From a virus, in IMG/VR virus record IMGVR_UViG_3300009702_000023, positions 9,836 through 73,835 of that record: 64,000 bases of DNA; one strand, written 5' to 3'. The notes beneath the pieces were generated by a model that made no database searches, was not told the origin of the DNA, and saw only the letters and a program-made list of their open reading frames with translations. Positions within the stretch are counted from its first letter, which is position 1; the number at the start of each line of letters is the position of its first letter. Position numbers and translations under genes: made by a program. This document shows positions 27,975 to 36,168 of this stretch, piece by piece.

Positions 27975-29219
27975 ATGCAATTTAGTAAAAAATATCCACT
28001 AGAAATTAGTTTTATTGAGCATAGTAATCCGAATATTTCAGCTATTCATATGGATGCTATTAAAAAAATTAGAAAATGTCGAAAGACATTAAAAAATGAT
28101 TATTCTAAAATGTCGGATAATTTAAAAGAACAATTGATTGAAGAAATTCAGAAATATAGAGGAAGAATACATTTTCATAAAGCCAAACGGCGTAAAGCTA
28201 AATTAAAATATAAAGATGTTGAAATGATTGTTCCGGTAAATTCAATGGGAATGATTCTCCCTAGTAAATTTCGGGGGTATAAAAAAGAAATTATTAATCA
28301 ATTACAAAAAAATAGAGAAGATAGAAAAAAACAAAATGAAAAAGTGACATTTATTGGTAGAATAGATTATTCCTTATACGGTGGGGTTCATAAAAAACAG
28401 AAAACGATTTTAAAACTTTTTAGAGAAATTGCCAAGAATAGAGTTAATAGTCCAAGAAATCCTAAAGCCGAAGAAAATCATGTGGGACTTGAAATAGAAT
28501 TTTTTTCAAATTATGATAGAGATACAGTTTGTAATTTTTTTATTGATGCAAAATTATCACAGTTTGTTAGAATAATGACAGATGTTTCAATTAAACCTTC
28601 TAGCGAAAAACCTGTTGGTTTAGAATTATGTCTGATTGCCCCCGAAAGTCGTTTAGAAGAGATTGTTCGGCGAGCTTGTGAGGTATTAACTGATCTTGAT
28701 GCCAAAACTAATGAAAGCTGCGGCCTACACGTTCATCTCGATTGTCGAAATCGCAGTCAAGTAACACTTTTTTATAATATGGTTAAATGTCAAGATTTAT
28801 TATTTAAATTGGTTGATCCTTCAAGAACGGGTAATAAGTTTTGTTTAAAGCAAAGAAGTCCTATTTGGGAAAAAGCAAATACAGGCCATTATGCTGCTAT
28901 TAATAAAGGTTCATATTTAAAACATAAAACTATTGAAATCAGAATGCATCACGGAACAACAAATTATAATGAAATTATCTTATGGGTTAAATTATTAATA
29001 AAAATTGCCAATTATAATAAACATTTTAAGGATATTAACTCAGTTGATAGAATTTCGAAGATATTAAAATTAGATAATAATTTAAAACAGAAATTAAATA
29101 CAAAAATGAGTATAAATAAAAAGAATCCAGAGCAAGGGAGAGTTACTGCTACTGAATTGATGTTTGATACTGCCCGCGATTTTTATTATACGAGACAGTG
29201 GTTGGACTGGGGGATGTAA
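27975..29219 (+). CDS. Second putative amidoligase
   Basis: GLEIEF, DVSI, GLEL, CGLHVH, HYAAIN, TIEIRMH. Confidence 0.85.
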   Translation: MQFSKKYPLEISFIEHSNPNISAIHMDAIKKIRKCRKTLKNDYSKMSDNLKEQLIEEIQKYRGRIHFHKAKRRKAKLKYKDVEMIVPVNSMGMILPSKFRGYKKEIINQLQKNREDRKKQNEKVTFIGRIDYSLYGGVHKKQKTILKLFREIAKNRVNSPRNPKAEENHVGLEIEFFSNYDRDTVCNFFIDAKLSQFVRIMTDVSIKPSSEKPVGLELCLIAPESRLEEIVRRACEVLTDLDAKTNESCGLHVHLDCRNRSQVTLFYNMVKCQDLLFKLVDPSRTGNKFCLKQRSPIWEKANTGHYAAINKGSYLKHKTIEIRMHHGTTNYNEIILWVKLLIKIANYNKHFKDINSVDRISKILKLDNNLKQKLNTKMSINKKNPEQGRVTATELMFDTARDFYYTRQWLDWGM

Positions 29220-29295
29220 TTTTGGGAGGTTTTATGTGGTTTTTATTATATTTGGGTTTATTTTTATTAACTGAACTTTTAATTGGGAGTTTATA

Positions 29296-29526
29296 ATGTC
29301 AATATTGTTAATATTATTTATTAATACACAATGTTTTTCTCAGGAATATATAGATATTAAAGACACATCAAATGGTTATACGCAAATTATATACCATACA
29401 GATAATGGTAAAAGTTATAATTTGGAATTAAAAATCAAAGATTTAAAAAATGAGAAAAAAATAAAGGAATGGTTTGATGAAGTTGCCCCCGATGATAGTA
29501 TGTTTACAGATGATCTATTGAAATAA
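29296..29526 (+). CDS. Small secreted hypothetical protein
   Basis: Signal-like N-terminus. Confidence 0.45.
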   Translation: MSILLILFINTQCFSQEYIDIKDTSNGYTQIIYHTDNGKSYNLELKIKDLKNEKKIKEWFDEVAPDDSMFTDDLLK

Positions 29527-29538
29527 TAAACTTTTTTC

Positions 29539-29567
29539 TTGACAAAGCTTTTTTATTAATATATAAT
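29539..29567 (+). promoter_or_regulatory. Consensus sigma70 promoter
   Basis: TTGACA-N17-TATAAT. Confidence 0.8.
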
Positions 29568-29593
29568 ATTAATTATGACAAGGACGATGTATT

Positions 29594-29989
29594 ATGAAAA
29601 AAAACACAAGTGATTTTCCATTATTGGATGACGATGAAAATTTTCTAGATTTTTCAAACATAGACCCAGAACAAATGGAGCGAGTGTTTCAAGTCATTGA
29701 TTTTTTGGCGAATAAAAAACAATTAATGATGAAATTTAGTCCAGAGGTTATTCATTTTCTAGACAAAAATGATAATATAACAGAAATCGCGTCAGATTAT
29801 GAATTTAATGATCTTATAATTGGTCTTATAAAAAATGAGCTTGTTGATCATTTTAATTTTAATCCAGAAGAAATTATGATATTAACGGAATTTGATTTTT
29901 TAGATCTTGTTACTGATGGATATTTTTTTGATAAAAACAATTATTTACGAGGAGATAATAATGACAAATACAAGAATTCGGTACACTAA
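29594..29989 (+). CDS. Acidic hypothetical protein
   Basis: D/E/F-rich; first gene after promoter. Confidence 0.55.
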   Translation: MKKNTSDFPLLDDDENFLDFSNIDPEQMERVFQVIDFLANKKQLMMKFSPEVIHFLDKNDNITEIASDYEFNDLIIGLIKNELVDHFNFNPEEIMILTEFDFLDLVTDGYFFDKNNYLRGDNNDKYKNSVH

Positions 29990-30224
29990 AGCTGGGGTTA
30001 ATCTAGTTTCCAGGCAAGCATTTCAAGTTAATGAAACTACTTCAGTTAAAGTTGTTCTTAACTCGGAAACAATGAAATACGACATTGTAGATGCAACAGA
30101 TGAATCAAATGTACTAGCGAGCGGGGGTAACACAAAAAACCTGTCTGTGCTTAAGATTCAAGCAAAACGTAATCTTAAAGCTATGGGATTAGAGTTTAAT
30201 ACGGAATCGAGAAATCGTGGATAA
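29961..30224 (+). CDS. Hypothetical protein
   Basis: GAGGAG RBS before ATG 29961. Confidence 0.6.
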   Translation: MTNTRIRYTKAGVNLVSRQAFQVNETTSVKVVLNSETMKYDIVDATDESNVLASGGNTKNLSVLKIQAKRNLKAMGLEFNTESRNRG

Positions 30225-30429
30225 AAAGCTCTTACATCCTAATATTCTTAAAAAAACTAGAGAATTGGCCCAGCATGATTATGTAGATCGGGCCTTTGAT
30301 TTGGATCATCCGGAGCATTTTTTAGCTAAATGTTATGCTTGCGGTTATATTGGGGCATTAGTAAATGCTGGGTATACTATTACAATTGAAAAAGATAACG
30401 AAAAATATATTTATCCAAAGGAAAAATAG
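30217..30429 (+). CDS. Hypothetical protein
   Basis: ORF track; coupled. Confidence 0.5.
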   Translation: MDKKLLHPNILKKTRELAQHDYVDRAFDLDHPEHFLAKCYACGYIGALVNAGYTITIEKDNEKYIYPKEK

Positions 30430-31331
30430 TGGTACAATTAAGCTATTCTGCATCTGAAAAATATCAAATGTCACCCATGTCATATTATTTACATTATATT
30501 TTACGACTTAGACCTGAGAAAATTGGGAGTGCTCTTGTTTTCGGGAGCGCCGTTGATGTTGGTATTAATACTTTGTTAGAAAATAAAATGAATAATGAAA
30601 ATAAATTACCACATGAGGCTTTTTTAAAATTGTGGACAAAAGCATCAATTAACGGAATTGAAACTGATTTACGATATACAGATTTAATCAAATATTCAAA
30701 ATCCGATTATGATGAAAATATTTTAACTGAGCAAGATAAAGAAGCAATTGAAGGTGGGTTAAATAAAAGTTGGGTTAGTTTACATCGTAAAGGTATTTTA
30801 ATGATGGAAGCTTATGAAAAGCAAGTATTACCCCACATTAAAGAAGTTTTGGCTGTTCAGAAATATGTTCAACTATCAAATTCACATGGGGATAAATTTA
30901 TTGGTTGGATTGATTTTGTCTGCAAATGGGAGGATGATAAAATTTATATTGTTGATAATAAGACCACATCAATAAAATATAAAGAAGATTCAGTAAAAAC
31001 AAGCCCCCAGCTTGCGACTTATTTTGAAGGTGTTAAAAAAGAAATTAAAGCTGACGGGGCAATGTATATCGCTGTGCCTAAGAAATTCAGAAAGAGAAAA
31101 GAACCGTTAATCCCAATTGATATTATCAAAGACAAAATTCCCGAAGAACTTATAGAATCGACATTTGATAGATATGATGACACACTTCATGGAATTAAAA
31201 TGGGGGAGTTTCATTGTACCGGATGTGAAAAAAATGTATTCGGATGTCCATATAAAGGATATTGTGAGAGTAATGGAGAAGATACCACGGGACTTATTTA
31301 TGTTAAAGACAAACCTAGAAAAACTTATTAA
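30429..31331 (+). CDS. PD-(D/E)XK (RecB/Cas4-like) exonuclease
   Basis: LSYS, G.ID...IVDNKT, QL..Y, C-terminal C..C....CPY...C. Confidence 0.85.
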   Translation: MVQLSYSASEKYQMSPMSYYLHYILRLRPEKIGSALVFGSAVDVGINTLLENKMNNENKLPHEAFLKLWTKASINGIETDLRYTDLIKYSKSDYDENILTEQDKEAIEGGLNKSWVSLHRKGILMMEAYEKQVLPHIKEVLAVQKYVQLSNSHGDKFIGWIDFVCKWEDDKIYIVDNKTTSIKYKEDSVKTSPQLATYFEGVKKEIKADGAMYIAVPKKFRKRKEPLIPIDIIKDKIPEELIESTFDRYDDTLHGIKMGEFHCTGCEKNVFGCPYKGYCESNGEDTTGLIYVKDKPRKTY

Positions 31332-31496
31332 ACTTATGCCTGATAATACTAATATGGTATATGATGATAAGAATCAAATTTTAACAATTGAGTTAAATAA
31401 TGAAAAAGGTAATTTGATTTATTCATTTCATATTAAAGATGAAAGTCGCATAGATGAAATATTAAAATTGCTAGAAGATAGAAAAGCCAATAACTA

Positions 31497-32117
31497 ATGA
31501 AAAATAATTATTACTGTGATACTAAGATTTGGAATAAGGTATGTGAAGATGATTTATGGATCTTTGATAAATTAATAGTATCTAAAAAATTAGGATATGT
31601 TTGTGGCCCCAAAGGAGTAAATGTCCCCGAACCCGGCTTATATGTAGCGCGACCTTGTGTAAATCTTATGGGAATGGGGCGCGGAGCACGATTCGTAATC
31701 TTAGTAGATGAAACTGATTATTTGATAACTGATGGAACATTTTGGTCTCAAGTATTTAAAGGAAAACATTTGAGTGTTGATTACTATAAAGGCGAGCAAA
31801 AGTTATGTGTTGAAGGTATAAGATCTGATATAAGTAATATACAGAAATGGGACATGTGGAAAAAGGTTAAAGACAAAATGCCTTATCCTAATATATTAAA
31901 TAGTTTAAAAGGTAATTATGATTGGGTAAATGTTGAATTTATTGGCGATAAAATAATTGAAATCCATCTCCGAAGAAATCCAGATTTTAAAGATCATAAT
32001 GCTGATTGCATAATTCCAGTATATGCCGGAGAAGAAATAAAAGATAAACCTTTTATTAAATCGGTAGATTCAAATAGAGTAGGATTTTATTTACAAGAAG
32101 GAGATAATAATGATTGA
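31497..32117 (+). CDS. ATP-grasp-like conserved phage protein
   Basis: DKL..SKKLGY.CGP.G...RPC.NL.GMG.GA...H.SVDY...NVEFIG..IIE.H.R. Confidence 0.55.
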   Translation: MKNNYYCDTKIWNKVCEDDLWIFDKLIVSKKLGYVCGPKGVNVPEPGLYVARPCVNLMGMGRGARFVILVDETDYLITDGTFWSQVFKGKHLSVDYYKGEQKLCVEGIRSDISNIQKWDMWKKVKDKMPYPNILNSLKGNYDWVNVEFIGDKIIEIHLRRNPDFKDHNADCIIPVYAGEEIKDKPFIKSVDSNRVGFYLQEGDNND

Positions 32118-32388
32118 AATAATATTTATCGGAGTGCTTGCTATGGCAGCGCCAACTTATACAAAAGATATTAGGCCAATAGTTATGAATAGATGTACAC
32201 CATGCCATACTGGACAGGTGCAAGGATTGCCTAATTTTTCCAAGTATGAAGTGGCTTTCAAAAAAAGAGATAAAATAATGCTTAGAGTAGTAACTCAAAA
32301 AAGCATGCCCCCTGGAAATTTTACAAATATAACAGATAAAGAACGGAATTTAATTAAGCAATGGATTGACGCTGGGGCAAAGAAATAG
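32110..32388 (+). CDS. Monohaem c-type cytochrome
   Basis: Signal peptide, CTPCH haem motif, SMPP distal Met, I..WI..GA. Confidence 0.8.
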   Translation: MIEIIFIGVLAMAAPTYTKDIRPIVMNRCTPCHTGQVQGLPNFSKYEVAFKKRDKIMLRVVTQKSMPPGNFTNITDKERNLIKQWIDAGAKK

Positions 32389-32417
32389 AAAATACTTGGC
32401 CTGTATCGAGAAAAAGC

Positions 32418-32446
32418 TTGACAAACAAAATTAAATGTGTTACTTT
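32418..32446 (+). promoter_or_regulatory. Sigma70-type promoter
   Basis: AAAAAGC-TTGACA-N17-TACTTT. Confidence 0.6.
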
Positions 32447-32466
32447 AAATATAACGGAGAAAATGA

Positions 32467-32751
32467 ATGGCAAATCAATATGAGAAACGTAAAGCGCGAG
32501 AAGCTGAATTATTAAATGAAGTCTCAAAAAAACGAGAAGCCAAACGAAAAAAAATTAATACCGATTTAACAAATATAGCCTTTGATATTATTAAAGATGA
32601 AAAAGGTAAATATTTGTTGGTCGTTATTAAATATAATTCCGCAACAAAACTTGCTGAAGTTCAGGAAATTAAACCGCTCGGAAATCGAGCTTTGGGGTTG
32701 ATGTTTGAACAAAAGAAAACTGCATTAAAAACATTAAGTAATATAAAATAA
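32467..32751 (+). CDS. Hypothetical basic protein
   Basis: GGAG RBS; ORF track. Confidence 0.6.
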   Translation: MANQYEKRKAREAELLNEVSKKREAKRKKINTDLTNIAFDIIKDEKGKYLLVVIKYNSATKLAEVQEIKPLGNRALGLMFEQKKTALKTLSNIK

Positions 32752-32762
32752 GGAGGCAATAC

Positions 32763-33224
32763 ATGGCCAAAATTTATGGCACATTTAAAACACCGAAAGG
32801 TAGCGAGTTACAATTAATTAGTTTGAAAGGTAAACCCTATCTATTGGCGGCAGATCGCCTATTGTGGTTTCGGGAAGTTAATCCCAATGGCATCGTTAAA
32901 ACCCAGCTTATGTCGCACCAAGATGATACTGCGATTTTTCGTGCAGAAGTTTATACTCTCGGTCAAGATGGTCAAGCACTTCTAGTTGCCACAGCGCATA
33001 AAATGGAGAGTAAAAGTACTTTCCCGGATTATATCGAAAAAGCTGAGACCTCGGCTCTAGCTAGAGCATTGGCAATGGCGGGATTTGGTACACAGTTCAC
33101 AGGGGACGAATTAACCGAGGGTGATAGATTAGCTGATGCTCCAATTGTTCCAGCAAAGCGTAGCGTAAAAGCTAGGAAGGCATCCGGTTTTCGTGATGAA
33201 GCGTCCGTTGGGGATGATTTGTAA
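32763..33224 (+). CDS. Single-strand annealing protein (Rad52/Sak-like)
   Basis: KPYL...RL.WF...EKAETSALARAL...GFG. Confidence 0.7.
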   Translation: MAKIYGTFKTPKGSELQLISLKGKPYLLAADRLLWFREVNPNGIVKTQLMSHQDDTAIFRAEVYTLGQDGQALLVATAHKMESKSTFPDYIEKAETSALARALAMAGFGTQFTGDELTEGDRLADAPIVPAKRSVKARKASGFRDEASVGDDL

Positions 33225-33583
33225 TGGATGAAAAAACAGAGGTGGAAAATAAAGATTTAGGATTTTCTAAAGAAGTTGAGCAAGCATCATATGCTTTTTC
33301 GCATGGATTTCCTGAGTTTAAAAAATTGCTTCAAGGTATTAATAGTTTAAATAGTTTGGCTAGAGTATTTTGCGCAGTTTTAGAATTTCCATTAGCTAAA
33401 GAAATACCACAATTTAAAAGTGATGCTGAAACTAAATTATTTTTAGCTTTTAACGAAATGCTACAACATAAATCAGTTATTATGTCGGCGTTTTTAAATG
33501 AAATGTTGAATAAAAAAGGAGAAAATAATGTCAACAAACAAGAAGAAGTCGTGGCCCAAGATCGGGACAATCAGGAAAAGTGA
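33224..33583 (+). CDS. Hypothetical protein
   Basis: Coupled; ORF track. Confidence 0.55.
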   Translation: MDEKTEVENKDLGFSKEVEQASYAFSHGFPEFKKLLQGINSLNSLARVFCAVLEFPLAKEIPQFKSDAETKLFLAFNEMLQHKSVIMSAFLNEMLNKKGENNVNKQEEVVAQDRDNQEK

Positions 33584-33812
33584 TAGCGGTAATTACATTA
33601 AACTAGAAGAGAATGTCTCTATTCTTGTTGATGGTGAGCCCGTTGAACTTAATCGAAGCCGAACAGTTCGATTGGAAGATCCACGCAAAAAAATTGAATT
33701 TTTGTTCGAAAAAGGTCATATTGACGAAAAAACATATAATAAACGTGCCGAAGTTCTGGCGGAAAATACTTGGTTGCGTTATGAATTGATAGTTCCTCCT
33801 GATAGAAAATAA
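33528..33812 (+). CDS. Hypothetical protein (possible ssDNA-binding)
   Basis: AGGAG RBS; W.KIG beta pattern; recombination operon context. Confidence 0.45.
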   Translation: MSTNKKKSWPKIGTIRKSDSGNYIKLEENVSILVDGEPVELNRSRTVRLEDPRKKIEFLFEKGHIDEKTYNKRAEVLAENTWLRYELIVPPDRK

Positions 33813-33848
33813 TATTCCTCATTGTTAGCCTCCTATGGTCAAAAGTGC

Positions 33849-33878
33849 GGTCGGGGGTAATACCCCGGCCATTTTTTT
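33849..33878 (+). terminator. Rho-independent terminator
   Basis: GGTCGGGG/CCCCGGCC stem followed by A-T7. Confidence 0.75.
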
Positions 33879-33896
33879 GAAAAGTCAAGGATTGAT

Positions 33897-35879
33897 ATGT
33901 CTAAAGAAGAGGAAAAAGATATGAAGTATGTTGCTATAGCTGACGGGTTACATAGCAGAGAATTAGTCCCTATAACATATGATTTTAAGAAATATATATC
34001 CAAGAAATCAGATAAGGATATTTATTTTTCACTTTATAAATACAATAAACGTCATTATGATAAATTTAAAGAAACCCGGTCTTTGGCTGGAATAACTGAT
34101 GTTAAAACTGATAAGCTATTGTTTGATTTCGATGATTCAGCAAATTTAGATAATGCTAGAGCCGATGCTATTGAAATTACAAATAGATTAATTCAACACG
34201 GAATTCCTAAAGATAAAATCGGTATATATTTTTCTGGCGGCAAGGGGTTTCATGTTGAAGTTAAAACCCAAGAAGAATTTAATAGAACTGAATTTGAAAA
34301 CATTGTTTATAACTTAAGTGACGGGTTACAAACATATGATACCGCAATTGTTGATGAACAACGAATTGTAAGAGCGCCGCTAACAAAACATCCCCACAGT
34401 AACTTATATAAAATTCCAATTAGCATTAATCAATTAAATAATCTTAATTGTGAAAAAATAAAAGTAATGGCAGGGCACCCAGAGCAAGTAAGTAAAACTT
34501 TAATGGATCGTTGGGATGAAGTTAGTTTGCCCGATTCAATATTAGAATTAAAAACCAAATCAACAAAAAAACAAAAAACGGAAATTATTCTTGATGAAAC
34601 TCTTTCATTTGAAAAGTATCAATTAGATTTAACTAAATGCCCTAAATGGTTATCCCCCGAACGATATGCTCTTCAGGAAGGATTTTTTTATGGTAGCGAA
34701 TCGGTTTCTGTTGGTGAGCGTAATAATGCTTTTATGATTTTAGCATCAACGTATTTAAAAAATGGAATTAATAAAAACATTGCATTAAATATGCTAAAGG
34801 CGACTGCGGAGTTACAATCGGCCCGAACGGGGGAAAGTGTATTTCCTGAATCTGAATTGAAAAAAACTATTATAGATGTTGTTTATAAAAATAGTTGGAA
34901 TGGCGGGATCTATTCAGCAGACCATATGTTATTGAAAAAAACAAGGCAGAGATTTGATATTCCCGAAATTAAACAAGCCACTGATTTTATATCATCAACT
35001 AATATGTTTTCGTCTTTTGTTAAATATGCATCGAACATTGACGGTAATACTATTAAAACCGGCCTACCAATTGATAACTATATTAAATTAACTATTGGGA
35101 TGCCTGTGGCTCTTCTGGGCGCACCATCAAGTGGTAAAACTACATGTGCGTTAAATATTTTACGCAATACGTCTAAACAAGGTATTCATTCTCTATTCTT
35201 TTCAATGGATATGCACCGGGCACTGGTTTGTCAAAAGCAATTACAACTATTATACAAAGACACTCCTGAACAAATTTATAGAAAAATATTAGATCCTAAA
35301 AAAGCTGAAAAATATGTAAAGGGTTTAGATGAAAATTTTAAAAATGTATCTTATATTACAAAAGCCGGATTAACTATTGATGAAATTAGGAATTTAATAG
35401 AAAAGAAAAAAGAACAAATTGGCGATTCATTAAAATTAGTAATGATAGATTATATGGAATGTATACGCGGCCCATTTTCAGATGCAACATCGAATAGCGC
35501 AATTATTGCTGATGGAATTAAAAATATAGCAGTCGAACTAGATGTATGTGTAATTTTATTAGTTCAGCCCCCAAAGATTACTGGCGGTGCGGCATACCCT
35601 TTAACTAATATGTATAATATTAAAGGCTCAAGTATGGTCGCTCAAGCAATGCGAGTAATTATTGGTATATATCGGGAGGGATTTAGCCCCGATACTCCAT
35701 ATGATGATAATTTTATAACCTTTGTTGGTTTAAAAAATACTATGGGCAATCTATTTAAACAAGACTGTGCCTGGAATGGCAGCCGGGGAGAAATTACATT
35801 ACTTGATGAAATTGGCGAAATGGAATTAAAAAATTTAAGGGATAGATTAAAACAAGAAAGATCTAATAATGACTTCTAA
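33897..35879 (+). CDS. AEP primase fused to SF4 (DnaB-like) helicase
   Basis: FDFD and FSGGKGFH primase motifs; GAPSSGKT Walker A; MIDY Walker B. Confidence 0.88.
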   Translation: MSKEEEKDMKYVAIADGLHSRELVPITYDFKKYISKKSDKDIYFSLYKYNKRHYDKFKETRSLAGITDVKTDKLLFDFDDSANLDNARADAIEITNRLIQHGIPKDKIGIYFSGGKGFHVEVKTQEEFNRTEFENIVYNLSDGLQTYDTAIVDEQRIVRAPLTKHPHSNLYKIPISINQLNNLNCEKIKVMAGHPEQVSKTLMDRWDEVSLPDSILELKTKSTKKQKTEIILDETLSFEKYQLDLTKCPKWLSPERYALQEGFFYGSESVSVGERNNAFMILASTYLKNGINKNIALNMLKATAELQSARTGESVFPESELKKTIIDVVYKNSWNGGIYSADHMLLKKTRQRFDIPEIKQATDFISSTNMFSSFVKYASNIDGNTIKTGLPIDNYIKLTIGMPVALLGAPSSGKTTCALNILRNTSKQGIHSLFFSMDMHRALVCQKQLQLLYKDTPEQIYRKILDPKKAEKYVKGLDENFKNVSYITKAGLTIDEIRNLIEKKKEQIGDSLKLVMIDYMECIRGPFSDATSNSAIIADGIKNIAVELDVCVILLVQPPKITGGAAYPLTNMYNIKGSSMVAQAMRVIIGIYREGFSPDTPYDDNFITFVGLKNTMGNLFKQDCAWNGSRGEITLLDEIGEMELKNLRDRLKQERSNNDF

Positions 35880-36168
35880 AACTATTAAAAAACTTAAAGA
35901 TATTTTTCTAGAGGAACTTGTTGTTTTTTATTTAAAAGAAATGAAGGTTGCCGCTTATGATGAAGAAAATGAAGAATTAAAAATAAGTGGTATGGTGGAA
36001 GGTTATGTAATTGATATAGATGAGGATTTTTATTATTTAGGAAATGAAGAACATGATTTTGAAAAAGTAATAAGTCATAATGTTATTGCTATGGTTGAAA
36101 TAGCTCAATTAGATTTAACCGCAATTGAGGGGCTTAATTACCCCGAAGATAAAGGAGACTTACATTGA
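35869..36168 (+). CDS. Acidic small protein, possible Sm-like fold
   Basis: EGYVIDIDEDFYYL...I....I. Confidence 0.45.
   Translation: MTSKTIKKLKDIFLEELVVFYLKEMKVAAYDEENEELKISGMVEGYVIDIDEDFYYLGNEEHDFEKVISHNVIAMVEIAQLDLTAIEGLNYPEDKGDLH

Noticed and set aside
30429-31331. CRISPR-associated Cas4
   Set aside because: Stand-alone PD-(D/E)XK nuclease in a recombination context.
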